This document shows positions 12,394 to 24,410 of a stretch of 64,000 nucleotides of DNA, one piece after another. Both the position numbers and the translations under genes were made by a program. The DNA is taken from NCBI GenBank assembly GCA_030704615.1, contig CM060733.1, forward strand, positions 36,518,001 through 36,582,000. Direction: 5' to 3'. The notes under the pieces were generated by a model. The model made no database searches and had not been told where the DNA came from. It worked only from the letters and a program-made list of their open reading frames with translations. Source of the stretch: Takakia lepidozioides (Eukaryota > Plantae > Bryophyta). The first letter of the stretch is position 1. Every line of letters begins with the position of its first letter.

Positions 12394-12962
12394 TTCTGCA
12401 TGAATGGGACTTCGTGTAGTTAACACCCTAACTCTCTGTTTTCTTTATGCATGAAACCCTCGTGAATGATTTCTGTAAGTAAGATAAGTAGTGATGATGC
12501 CAATTATAATGGGCATGAACCAAGTCTTGTCACTGAGCCCGAACTTGGCCTTTTCCTCTAAATTGAGGGATGGATTAAGGGCAGAGTGAGAGATATTGCG
12601 CTGCTAACTTTGGCTATGAAGAGCCCTTGAGGGCAACTGGATCTCTCCCGGGGTCCGTTGTGGGGTTCTTCAACATCATGTACCAAAATTCAGCCCCAAA
12701 TGTGATAGTTCTTGCAGGCAGCCAACGACCATCGAGTTGTAGGGAATTGAGTATTGATTTCAGGGTCGTTATAGGGAATAGGTGCTGGAGAATAGGTGGA
12801 GGTAGATGGAGCTTCATTCATACTTGAGGCTTCCTCAGTAGAACCCATATCAACCAGGAGCTGCAAATATTTATGTTTTAGCACTAGCTCCCCTCAGTAG
12901 AGAGAGGCAAACAGAAGCTGGCAAAGTACTCAAGATTGGAGATTTTGCACACAGGTTATTCA

Positions 12963-13478
12963 ATGAGCAAGGAACGTCTCTGGCAGGAATTCTTCTCAGG
13001 TCTGTCAGAGTGGTGGGAAAACAGGTCGGATAAGGTGAGTCTACCTTCATGTAGGACGCAGAAGTGTTTGTTAGGGAGTGCTTGCACCTGAAGCTTGCAT
13101 AATGACCTTTGTGGACTGGATTCTAAATGGCAGGAGATAATATCCCACAATGTCAATTTTGCTTAGCTGCACAAAAGCAACAAAACAAACCCAACCAGCA
13201 AAGGGCATATTAGAAGCAGGTTCTCACTTTTGCTATGTGAGTAGGTTCTTAAAGGTTGTTCCCTATTGTACGAGCTTTGGTGGTTGTAGCTTGGCCTATA
13301 GGGGACTGTGGTACAAGTTATGCTCAGCTACTCACTTTTGGTTTTTCAGAAAAGTAAAAGATCACCAGACTTCAGATACAAGCGCACAAACAAGGTCCTT
13401 TGGATTGAGTGCTGGTCGAGCCCTATTGGGTGAACGCAGGGCTAGCTCCCTTGGTAGAAGCTCCAGCACAACCTGATG
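12963..13478 (+). CDS. Probable upstream exons of the PPR-DYW gene encoding an OSB-type PDF motif
   Basis: Exon 12963-13034 reads MSKERLWQEFFSGLSEWWENRSDK, followed by a GTGAGT donor. The acceptor is TTTTTCAG at 13349, and the exon from 13350 reads KSKRSPDFRYKRTNKVLWIECWSSP. The frame then hits TGA at 13431 unless the GT at 13430 is used as donor or a C is missing at 13421-13423. Confidence 0.6.
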
Positions 13479-13806
13479 GTGATTCGAATATCCATGTAAC
13501 CATGGAGCTCGAGGCCGAGTATACAATGGGTATTGTTTAATGATAGAATCTAAGGTTCCATCTCTTAGACATAGAATTCAAACAACGTTTTATGAGTACA
13601 TTCTTAGAGATAGAATTGGTACTCTTTATTCTTAAAAGTAGAGACTGCATAGTTATGTAACCCTAGTAATATGTAGCAATAAGCCTGTCCTCATGTGGAG
13701 ATCTTTAGTGGAAGTATCAAGGAATTTGACATATATATGAGATCTTCGTGATGTTATGAGAGGTTGACTTTAAGGGTTTGTAATCAACAGTTTTGAATCA
13801 TGCAGG

Positions 13807-16800
13807 ATGGCAGGTATGAATCAGGCACAGGTGTTTGGATCAGGAACTTCGATCATGACCACTGCTATTGAAGGAGGACCACGAGAGGTGGTGAACAAGA
13901 CTGCCTCTGGTCCTAAAGGGGATGTGAGAGCACTATGCAAGGCTGGACGATTGAAAGAGGCAGTGCACATCTTGAACCAACGAGCCATCTCAGCGGACTC
14001 CAATACATATATCTGTCTCCTGCAAGAGTGCATCAATATTAAGGATCTCAAATCGGGAAAGCAGGTAAATGCCCACATCCTCCAATATGGATTCAAGTCA
14101 AGCATTCTTCTACTCAACACCCTTGTGAACATGCATGCCAAGTGTGGGAGCATGGTCGATGCACGCCAAGTTTTTGACAACATGCCTGAACGAGATGTGT
14201 TTACATGGACTACAATGATAGGGGGATATGTGAAGCATGGTTGTGGTAGGGAGGCTCTGAAGATCTATGAGCAAATGATAGTGGAAGGTGTGACACCCAA
14301 CAACGTCACATTCCTTTGCATGCTCAAGGCATGTGCCAGCCTAGGAGCCCTGGAGAAGGGCAAAGAAGTCCATGCTGACATCATCAAAGCTGGAATTGTT
14401 GCAGATGTCATGCTAGAGACTGCCCTTGCTGACATGTATGCCAAATGTGGGAGTGTAAAGGATGCACGTCAAGTGTTTGACAAAATGGCTGAACGAGATA
14501 TGGTCTCATGGAATGCGATGATCACAGGATATGCTGGGCGTGGGTGTGGTAGGGAGGCTTTTGAGATCTATGAGGAAATGATATGGGAAGGGATGACACC
14601 TGACAGGGTCACGTTCATTTGCATTCTCAATGCCTGTGCCGACCTGACAGCCCTGGGAAAGGGCAGAGAGGTCCATGCTGACATCATCAAAGCTGGAGTT
14701 GCACCAGATATCATTCTGGATACCGCGCTTGTCAATATGTATGCCAAATGTGGGAGCATAGAGGATGCACGTCAAGTGTTCAACAATATGGCCCAACGAA
14801 ATGTAGTCTCATGGAATGCAATGATTGCAGGCTATGCCCAGCATGGATGTGGTAGGAAGGCTTTCGAGATCTATGAGCAAATGGTACAGGGAGGTGTGTT
14901 GCCTAATAAGGTCACATTCATTTGCATTCTTAATGCATGTTCCAGCCTAGGAGTGGTGGAAAAGGGCAAGGAGGTCCATGCTGCCATCAGCAAAAGTGGA
15001 ATTTCGCAAGATGTCATTCTGGAGAATGCCCTTGTTAACATGTATGCAAAGTGTGGAAGTGTAAAGGATGCACGTCAAGTGTTTGACCATATGGAACACC
15101 GAACTGTGGTTTCCTGGAGCACAATAATCGCAGGATATGCTCAACATGGGTGTGGTGAGGAGGCTTTTGAAATATATGAGGAAATGATACGGGAAGGGGT
15201 GACACCTGACAAGATCACCTTCATTTGTGTTCTCAATGCTTGTACCGGCCTAGCAGCTCTGAGGAAGGGTAAAGATGTCCATGCTGACATCGTCAAAGCA
15301 AGAATTGCCCCAGATATTGTTCTGGAGACGGCCCTTGCTGACATGTATGCCAAATGTGGGAGCATAAAGGATGCACGTCAAGTGTTTGACAATATGGCAC
15401 AACGAAATGTGGTCTCATGGAACGTGTTGATCGCAGGGTATTCTCAGCATGGATGTGGTATGGAGGCTTTTGAGCTGTATGACCAAATGATACAGGATGG
15501 TGTGATGCCCAACAGGGCCACATTCACTTGTGTACTTGATGCATGTGCCATTCTAGGAGATTTGGGAAAGGGAAAAAAGGTCCATGCTGATATTGGCAAA
15601 ACTGGAATTGAGCTGGATATCATTCTGGAGACTGCCCTTACTGACATGTACGCTAAATGTGGAAGCATGAAGGGTGCACATCAAGTGTTCAACCGTATGG
15701 CTGAACGAAGTGTTGTCTCATGGAGTGTCATGATTGCAGGATATGCTCAGCATGGATGTGCTCGGGAGGCTTTCGAAATGTACGAGGAAATGGTTTGGTC
15801 AGGGGTGACACCTGACAAGGTCACATTCATTTGTATTCTCAATGCGTGTACCAGCCTGGCAGCCCTGGAAAAGGGCAAAGCAGTCCATGCGGACATCATC
15901 AAAGCGGGAATTGCGCCAGATATCATTCTGGAGACTGCCCTTGTCGACATGTATTCGAAATGTGGGAACATGAAGGATGCACGTCAAGTGTTTGACAATA
16001 TGGTTCAGCAAAATGTGGTGTCATGGAGTGCGATGATGGCAGGATATTCTCAGCATGGGTGTGGCAGGGAGGCTTTTGAGATGTATGAGCAAATGATACG
16101 GGAAGGGGTGACGCCTAATGAGGTCACATTCATTTCCATCCTTAATGCTTGTGGCAGCCTGGCAGCCCTGGAGAAGGGGAAAGAGGTCCATGCTGATATC
16201 ATTAAAGCTGGACTTGAGTCATACGTCAATTTGGAGAATACTCTTGTAAACATGTATGCCAAATGTGGGAGCATGGAGAATGCGCATCAAGTGTTCAATT
16301 GTATGCCAAAGCGAGATTTGGTCTCATGGAGTGCAATGATTGCAGGTTATGGTCAGCATGGATGTGGTATGGACGCCCTTCAGTTATTTACGCAAATGCA
16401 ACAAGAAGACTTGAAGCCAGACAGTATCACATTTACATGTCTTCTCTCTGCATGTAGCCATGCAGGCCTAGTGGATGAAGGCCGTCACTATTTTGATTCC
16501 ATGATCCAAGATCATGGCCTCACTCCTACAGTGGATCATTTTGGCTGCATGGTAGACCTGCTTGGTCGTGCAGGGCAATTGAAGGAGGCAGAGGACTTCA
16601 TTAACAAAATGCCGATTGAACCAGGTGCTGCAGTGTGGGGAGCCTTGCTTGGTGCCTGTAGAATTCATGGTGATGTGGAGGTAGCAGAGCGTGCAGCTAA
16701 ATGCCTGCTAATTTGCAATCCCCATGACGCTGCAACTTATGTTCTGCTATCAAATATATATGCTGCAGCTGGCAGGTGGGATGATAGAGCAAAGGTGAGA

Positions 16801-17241
16801 AAAATGATGGAGGACAGATGTGTCAAGAAGGAGCCAGGAAGAAGCTGCATTGAGGTGGACAACAAGGTGCATACATTCCTTGTAGAAGAGAAGTTGCATC
16901 CTCTAATTGAGGAAATACATGCTGAGCTGAAGAGATTGTCTGGGTTGATGAAGGAGGCTGGGTATGTACCGGACACTCATTTTGCATTGCATGATGTGGA
17001 GGAAGAGCAGAAGGAAATTTCTCTTTGCCACCATAGTGAGAAGCTGGCAATTGCTTTTGGGTTGATCAGCACACCCCCTGGGTCACCAATCCGCATCATT
17101 AAAAACCTTCGGGTGTGTGGTGACTGCCACACTGCCACCAAGTTCATCTCAAAGATTGTTGGGCGTGCAGTTCTTGTACGGGATGCCAACCGCTTCCACC
17201 ACTTCCAAGAGGGGGTTTGTTCTTGTGGGGATTATTGGTGA
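13807..17241 (+). CDS. PLS-class PPR protein with E1/E2 and DYW cytidine-deaminase domain (organellar C-to-U RNA editing factor), main exon
   Basis: Uninterrupted 1144-aa ORF with eight 101-aa (303-bp) L-S-P triplets, P2-L2-S2, E1/E2, PG box [22 protein letters not shown] and terminal CSCGDYW. Confidence 0.97.
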   Translation: MAGMNQAQVFGSGTSIMTTAIEGGPREVVNKTASGPKGDVRALCKAGRLKEAVHILNQRAISADSNTYICLLQECINIKDLKSGKQVNAHILQYGFKSSILLLNTLVNMHAKCGSMVDARQVFDNMPERDVFTWTTMIGGYVKHGCGREALKIYEQMIVEGVTPNNVTFLCMLKACASLGALEKGKEVHADIIKAGIVADVMLETALADMYAKCGSVKDARQVFDKMAERDMVSWNAMITGYAGRGCGREAFEIYEEMIWEGMTPDRVTFICILNACADLTALGKGREVHADIIKAGVAPDIILDTALVNMYAKCGSIEDARQVFNNMAQRNVVSWNAMIAGYAQHGCGRKAFEIYEQMVQGGVLPNKVTFICILNACSSLGVVEKGKEVHAAISKSGISQDVILENALVNMYAKCGSVKDARQVFDHMEHRTVVSWSTIIAGYAQHGCGEEAFEIYEEMIREGVTPDKITFICVLNACTGLAALRKGKDVHADIVKARIAPDIVLETALADMYAKCGSIKDARQVFDNMAQRNVVSWNVLIAGYSQHGCGMEAFELYDQMIQDGVMPNRATFTCVLDACAILGDLGKGKKVHADIGKTGIELDIILETALTDMYAKCGSMKGAHQVFNRMAERSVVSWSVMIAGYAQHGCAREAFEMYEEMVWSGVTPDKVTFICILNACTSLAALEKGKAVHADIIKAGIAPDIILETALVDMYSKCGNMKDARQVFDNMVQQNVVSWSAMMAGYSQHGCGREAFEMYEQMIREGVTPNEVTFISILNACGSLAALEKGKEVHADIIKAGLESYVNLENTLVNMYAKCGSMENAHQVFNCMPKRDLVSWSAMIAGYGQHGCGMDALQLFTQMQQEDLKPDSITFTCLLSACSHAGLVDEGRHYFDSMIQDHGLTPTVDHFGCMVDLLGRAGQLKEAEDFINKMPIEPGAAVWGALLGACRIHGDVEVAERAAKCLLICNPHDAATYVLLSNIYAAAGRWDDRAKVRKMMEDRCVKKEPGRSCIEVDNKVHTFLVEEKLHPLIEEIHAELKRLSGLMKEAGYVPDTHFALHDVEEEQKEISLCHHSEKLAIAFGLISTPPGSPIRIIKNLRVCGDCHTATKFISKIVGRAVLVRDANRFHHFQEGVCSCGDYW

Positions 17242-19480
17242 ATACATGAAAGAAGTCAATATGACAAGTAATAGTGATTGTAATGAAGTCGGAAGAGACG
17301 ATTGCTGTCAAGTATTGTGGCAGGCAATAATGCACTTCCTGTGGGCTGCCCATGCTGATGATTATCATTATCAAAAGGCAATCACAGAAGTATTTCTGTG
17401 GAAGAGTTGTTGACAGATTGCAAGAAGAGGCAGCAGGAATGACATCGTAGTTGGCAGCCAAAGTTTTGAACAACCAAGGTAGGCCAAGGGGATGGTCATA
17501 ATGTTGACAAAACACTCAGTTAAGGGTTATCCCAAGACACTGCAGACACTTTTTATCTCTAAACCTATGGAGCTGAGTGGATGGAAAATGTTATCACATA
17601 ATGTCAACCAAGGGACACTTATTACTATGAAGGTTGGCATTGCTCAGACACAGGCCACTGGTCTATTAGCTTCCAAAGGTAACTATAGATTTTGTTCTGT
17701 ACTTACATGTATACACTCTTTCGTGACTTTGTTTCACATTCAATATTGCTGCTTGGTACTCAAAGGCTAATATGTTCAGGCTGCAGAAGCCCTACAGCTA
17801 CCAATGGCAATTTTCATGCTAAAGTAGTAGAGAGGCTTCAGTGTACTAGGGAGGCTTCATGTCAGTCATTGTGTTGGTTTTGTATGACAACTTGGTCTAG
17901 ACTGGGTTCCCCTGACATTCAAAGGTCGTAAGGAGTCTCATTCAAAGGTTATAAGGAGTCTGACTGAAATCCTACTACAGCTGATCGAAAGCTGATCCGA
18001 TTGTACTCGGAGATCGACTTACTGAAATAACAGTGAGGCTCAAGCCTGGGTTTAACTCTATACTCTTCTTGAAGAGTAGACATTTCTGCTGGGCCTGGGA
18101 GCCAAGGTGCTCAGCCAGGTGTGTGTTCCTCATGCTCAGCGAGTTCCCTAAAACCTATGTGGAGTTCAGGCTGTTCTTGTAGTCTACTCTTGGTTAAACT
18201 TTGGCCCAACAATTGGCCTGCAGGTGCGAGGCAGCAGGCACGCTGGAATCATTTTCTGGTGCTGGGTGAAATTAGAGTGAAATTGGAGTGAAATTGAGGG
18301 TTGGATCCTATGGAGAGACTTTCCACTCATCTTTTTCCATCAACGTTCCTTATAAGTTCTACAAGATCATAACACCGTGCTAATATTTCATTTGATGTAT
18401 CTTTCAGCTGCAAAAGCATGGGAGGTGAGATAAGTGGTTGCGGCTTGCAGCACTCTGTTCCGGGCCATGATGGCTTCAAACCTCGATGCTTCAGAGGAAA
18501 CCCTCCAGGTTTGTCGTATCCCTGCACCAAAGAAGTCATAGGTAATTGATTTTCCTTTTGGGTTTGTCGTGGACAGCTTACAGTGGGTGGCTTGTAGACT
18601 TTCTTGGATTTTGAAATCCTTGGTGGAAGCTTTGGAAATTCTTGAGTTGGCGGCCCATAAAAGAAGGCAGGTCTGATGCAGGAGCCGTTCTGTTCTCTCA
18701 GGCTTTGAACATAGATGATGCTCTCTGCTTGTTTCTGGAGATAAGGCAAGGGTGTCCGTCTTGTTACCACCTCTCACCCTAGATGGACTTGCAGGCATAT
18801 GTTTGGAGATAATCATTTCTTGCAATGGCCTCCCAGAGCATTAACTCACCCAGTCCCACCATAAAGTTCAGTTATCATGGACTTTGATTTCTCTGTGCTG
18901 CTTAGTAGTTTCATAAGAATCATTTGAAATCAACACCTATGAATGTTGCTTGCAACATACATGAGATGCAAGTCTATGAGGTGTCTATTTATCTCCATCG
19001 TGATTGAGCTTTTCAAACTAATATTGGATGAGGAAGGCTTCTCCGTAAGTGGTAGGGTTCAGCGCTCTATTATTACAACTCTTGTTTGACCATTTTTTTG
19101 GCTACCTGTTCCTGGTACCCTTTTGGAAAAATAAAAGAGAGACAGTACGTTTGCAGGTAGTCACTACTAGCAAAGGAAATGGTTGAATTGTCTTGTACTC
19201 ACTGACTGACTCTCTTGGCAGTTTCTCTGGGCTGTCGTTATATACTTTTACAACTTATGCTTGCATGTAGCTATTTTTGTGCTTCAGAATGTGCTCCTGA
19301 TTCTCTTTTATTTCCCCAGGGTTCAACTGTAAATCTGGGTTTTATTCTGCAATTGCACCAATGTATCTTCCAATCCATGAAACTCTGGTGTAGACTTACA
19401 TGCTTGCAAGAGGAAGGGGCTCTTATTTGTGATGGCTTCAGCTGGAGTCTTCTCTCTCTCTCTCTCTCTCTCTCTTTCTC

Positions 19481-22400
19481 CCTGTCCTCTAGGAAGCCTA
19501 TTGACATTGGGTGGACTTGAAACGGGAGTACATTAATGTCTCTGTGACTAAATGCCGGCCTTGTGACCTCGTGTCCTTGTTTGTTTCGACCTGAAGCGCT
19601 TTGCTTCAGGTAAGGTAGTGCATTGGATTTAGTTGGAAAGCTTGTGGCCTTTCCCTCTTTAGAATATGCCTACACGGGCATTTCCCTGCAACTCCCTGGA
19701 GTGTGATCTCTGAATGGTAACAAGCGGACTCCTACCGCTTGGGGGCAGCCCCTCCGCCCAAATTGGGCAGTCGTATGCTCTGTCTAGCATACTCGGCACT
19801 TGGGCTCGGGTTGCTTCCTGTGCTTAAACTTATGGCCTGCGAAAACAATAAATGTTTTAGCTCCTATCAACATCAACACTCCTCAGGGTGATCCCTGGGA
19901 ATTGGTTACTTATGCCAAATCTAGGGCTTCATGTGTAGTTTTTGGGGTGAATCCCAGGATGGACGATGTGTCCTTTAAAACTACATGCTCTAGCTTAGGC
20001 TTGGATTTCATGGCTAATGGTACCATCTCGAGACTTGATAACAGGGGTACGTTGAAGGTTGCAATGACCAAAAGTGCTTCTAATAGAGTCCCGCATCAAT
20101 TCAATCTCAAAGAAGTTCGTCCCTTGACTGGCTGGAGAGCGGTCTTAGACATTGGTGATTCAATGGGGCGCTCTAGGAAGACAACCAAGGGCAACAACTT
20201 CAACTTGAGAGTTTCTAATCAGTTTGATGCTCTGGATGAGGTTGAATCCAAACAGCCAGAAGGACAAGATGCCCCTAAGTGTACGGAACCTGAACGTCCT
20301 GAATCTGAAGGATTTGGTACTCTGAATGGTTTACCAATCCTCAAGGTTTACACAAGACGAACAAATTCTATACACGGGGTAATTGTCCCCAAGCTGTCAG
20401 ATGGACAATCTGTCCCTAAGTGTGCAGAGCCTGAACGTCGTGTAACTTAAGGATTTGGTACTCTAAATGGTTTACCAATCCTCAAAGTCTACACAAGACG
20501 AGCAAAATCTATACACGGGGTAATTGTCCCCAAGCAGTCTGACGGACAATCTGCCCCTATGTGTGCGGAGCCTGTGCGTCGTGTAACTGAAAGATTTGGT
20601 ACCCTGAATGGTTTACCAATTCTCAAAGTTTACACAAGACGAGCAAAATCTACACATGGGGTAACTGTCCCCCCTTTGCAGAACGGTTGGCCGTCCAGGA
20701 GCAATCACAAGCTACCTAGACGACAAACAATTCACACGCAAAGGGCTGGCTTGCGGCTGGCCACTTTCAACTTCTCAGGGTTGACCAACCAAAGGAAACA
20801 ACTTGAAGTGGGACAAGTTCTTCGGACTAATGATATTCATATCTGTGCTGGGCAAGAAACATGGGAAACGTCGGATAAACTGGTTGGAGATGTCATTGGT
20901 TATAAATGGGCAGGTAAGATGTGTACTCTCAAGGCAGCCTCTGCCAAACGCGGTCAAAAAGGGGTCGGATTCTTTGTCCGTGATTTCTTGTTTGACAATT
21001 GTGAAATTATCAACAAGGGTTTGAGGTACGAGCATAGTATCTGGCTAAAACTGAATTTGAAGGGCGGCATGAGTACAAAGGACCTCTTTGTTGGTTGTGT
21101 TTACATGCCCACAGAGGGGACCCTTAGTGCTGACGCAGACAAGGCCTTCGAAGATGTAAAGCTGGACTGTGCTTCGTTCCTTGCCAAAGGTCAGGTGGTA
21201 CTATTGGGGGACTTCAATGCCCGGGTGGGCAAAGGGATCCATCAGGACGATATCATTGGACCTTTTGGTGAGGACAAGCTGAATTCTAATGGCAGACGGT
21301 TAATTAACTGTCTAGAAGAGCTTCAGCTTTTGACCTTGAATAACAGGACAAGAGGTGACCAAGTGCAGTGGACTCGTGAGAAACCCCAAACTGGGGAACG
21401 TTCCATTGTGGACTATATCATAATGGACAAAATTTTGTTCCCCCAGTGTGCCAATGTGTTGATCGACAGAACTGATATTGGTACCTCTGACCACTTCCTG
21501 GTTTGGACTGAGATCAAAAGGTGTTTTCCCACCACCAAGAGATCTGTGAAACGTTCGATTCGGAAGTGGCGCATAGAAAAATTCCACAATGAGGAGGTCA
21601 AGGCTGAGTACGTCCAGGCCTTGCAAGAGGCTCTCCCTCATTTTGTCCAATCGCTCCAAGAACTTCAGTCACGCTCTGTTAACGCAAGAAATGAAGTCGA
21701 AAGAGCAGTGGACTCTTGGGAGAGTTTCGTTTCCTCCGTGGCTGACAAGATCATTGGGAGGAAACTAATTGTCTGCGGTAGAGCAGTTAATTGGTGGACT
21801 AATGAGATTAAACTCAAGATAGCTGAGAGACGAGCCCTCTATAAAGAGTGCTGCAATTTGGAAACCAACAGAGAATTGTGGGCGAGGTACTACCAGCTCC
21901 GTAAAGATATCAATCAGCTTGTTAGGTCTCAGAAGAAATTATACTGGGACAAGTTATACAGTGAAATAAACTCAAACCACCATGGTGGTAATGACAAGAA
22001 ATTCTGGTTGGCCCTTCAACGTTTGTACAAACGGAAAAACGGTCAGCAAGTACAAGCGCTGAAGACTACTAAAGGTGCAGTGGTGACTTCATCGGTTGAC
22101 ATTGTCAAAACCTTTGAAACTCACTACAGTATCCTTGGCAGAACTTCTAGGTCTAACAGTGAGGGGTCTTCTGCTGAATGGAGGGACACAGTTGGAAAAA
22201 CTGTTCCTATGATTCAAAACAGCCCTGATGAACTAGAGTATATTTCAATGGCTTATAATGCTCCCATTAGTTCTTCTGAGATTGTGGAAGCAATTGAACA
22301 TTTAAATGGATATAAAGCTGGTGGACCTGATGGTATTGTCAACGAGCTTATCAAGCACGGTGGCGATCCCATGATAGAGGCCCTAGTTCTCCTCTTTAAC

Positions 22401-24410
22401 CTTATCTGGAAGACTGAAATGATCCCCTTTCGCTGGCGACAGGGGGTCATTGTTAATCTATACAAGAAGGGTGACAGAGAAGAACCGGGGAACTACCGTG
22501 GCATCACGCTCCTCAATGCTGTTGGCAAGACATTCTGCAGAGTTATAAGTACTCGTCTCGAGGTTGATCTGGAGTCTAGAGGTTGTTTCCACGAAGGACA
22601 AGCTGGCTTTCGGCGAAACAGGGGCTGTGTGGATCATATCTTCACTCTAAGCCAGATTATCCAGGGAAGGAAAAAAGAAGGGAAACCCACTTATGTCTTT
22701 TTCCTGGATGTCAAAAAGACTTATGACACAGTGTGGAGAGATGGCCTATGGTTCCGCCTCTGGTCTTGTGGGATCAAGGGAAAGATGTGGAGAGTTGTCC
22801 ACAACTTGTATGCTCACACCAAAAGCTGTGTCACTGTTAACGGACAGAAGTCCAACTTCTTTGACATAGACCAAGGTGTAGCTCAAGGATGTACTCTCTC
22901 CCCTCTGCTCTTCAATGTTTTCATCAATCAACTCCTCGAGGATGTGGAAAGTGAGGGATTTGGGTTAAGGGTGGGTGATACCACCATACCAGCCCTTATG
23001 TTTGCGGATGACTTCGCAGGCATAGGGGAGACTCCAACCAATCTCCAGGAGTTGATTGATTGCGCGAAGAGATACTTTGATCTTTGGGGGCTAGAGGCTA
23101 ATGTCAGCAAATGTGCAGTGGTAGCATTCAACGACAGAGGAGAGGGAGGAAGTGATCTTAAGTGGCAGTGGGGTAGCCAAGAGATCCCGGTCCTCCCTTC
23201 CTACACTTACCTGGGCGTTGAGTTCTCCTCCAATTGTAATTGGGATGCACATATCCGGAAAGTTGTTCAAACTGGCAAGGGCAAAGCTCTGGGGCTCACT
23301 AAATTTTTCCACTGCAGAGGGGTCAACTCTGAGGTTAAGAAAACCATGCTTTGTCGCGTTATTAGACCTGCCTTGGAGTACGGATCTGCTATATGGGTTG
23401 ATAACTCCAACCAGGCTAAGTCTCTAGAATCCATTCAAGTGGGGGTGCTTAAGGAGTGTATGTCAGCATGCTCCAAAACAGCCAATGTGGCTGTTCAGGG
23501 TGAGTTTGGCATTCCGTCCTTAAGCTCCCGACGAGATGAATTCAAGGTCAGATGGTGGGGTCAGCTGCAACATATGCCCAACACCTAAATTAATCGACTC
23601 TATATCTTGGAAACAGGACCGCCCTGTCAAACAGGCTAAGTCCTGGCAGAAGAGAGTAGAAGAGATCCTCAAGGACCTGGACCAGGATCCGCAAGTCTTG
23701 ACCCTGCTGGATAAATCTGACTTAGAGGCTGTAGTGTCCTCAGCCATGTCTGTTGCCATGAGATTGTCTGATGAAAATGAAGTTAGGCAGAAAACTTCCC
23801 TGAACTTGTTTCCAGTCTGTGACATGGGGGAGGACATCTTGGATGACCTCAAGGGTCTACCCACTCTCGGCACTAGACTGAAATTTAAACTCAGGGCAGG
23901 AAGCCTACCTTTGAACAGCAAACAGAAGCAGAGAGGAAAGGGAGAGTGCAATTGCCCGTTGTGTGGGCAATCTGAAGACAGTATTCATTTTCTGATGCAC
24001 TGTCCGGGGTTCTCTCACCAAAGAGACGCTCTCTTCAAATCTATTAAGGGAATTGTGCCTGTATACCTGTTTACCAACTTTGAAAGTCTCGAGGCTGAGC
24101 CAAAAGCCCAGGCCCTCCTGAGGCCTAGTTTTTGGGCAAATCACACACAGCAGATTGATGCTTGTGTGAAGGGATTTCTAGAGGATATCTGGAAAACCCG
24201 GATTAATTCTTTATATGGAGGTAAGTCTTACTACCAACGTCAGCCCCTGACAGAGGTAGGTTCTGTCCCTTTTGTTCCCGCTCAAACTGGGCGCGGGGTC
24301 AATGGCCACAAGGCTACGGCAAACAACATCTTATGAGTACAATCTCTCTCTCTCTCGATTTACAAGGCTACGGCAAACAATGTCTTATGAGTACATTCTC
24401 TCTCGATTTA
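19481..24410 (+). mobile_element. Near full-length non-LTR retrotransposon (LINE): APE endonuclease, RT and C-terminal CCHC, carrying two lesions
   Basis: APE motifs GQETW, GDFNARVG, DYI and SDH. RT motifs NYRGITLL, QAGFR, QGCTLSPLLF, FADD and YLG. CCHC is CPLC...HFLMHC. ORFs 19800..20450 and 20559..23588 share a frame and are separated by one TAA at 20448. A frameshift lies at about 23585. (CT)n flanks both ends. Confidence 0.95.
20271..20672 (+). repeat. 141-bp (47-codon) tandem repeat, about 2.9 copies, in the LINE N-terminal region
   Basis: Units start at 20271, 20412 and 20553 and encode PKC.EP.R..EGFGTLNGLPILKVYTRR..S.HGV.VP. Confidence 0.95.

Noticed and set aside
12491-12536. Possible C/D snoRNA after the tRNA (GTGATGA ... 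CTGA)
   Set aside because: The boxes span only about 46 nt, lie beyond the T4 terminator, and have no terminal stem or recognisable guide.
13821-16976. Series of minus-strand 'MLPHLAYM...' ORFs
   Set aside because: Antisense shadows of the 303-bp PPR repeats.
18327-18825. Overlapping minus-strand ORFs of 145-147 aa
   Set aside because: No recognisable domain or splice structure; may be a gene relic but cannot be called.
19162-19180. CACTACTAGCAAA as a CACTA terminus
   Set aside because: No subterminal repeats and no matching opposite end.
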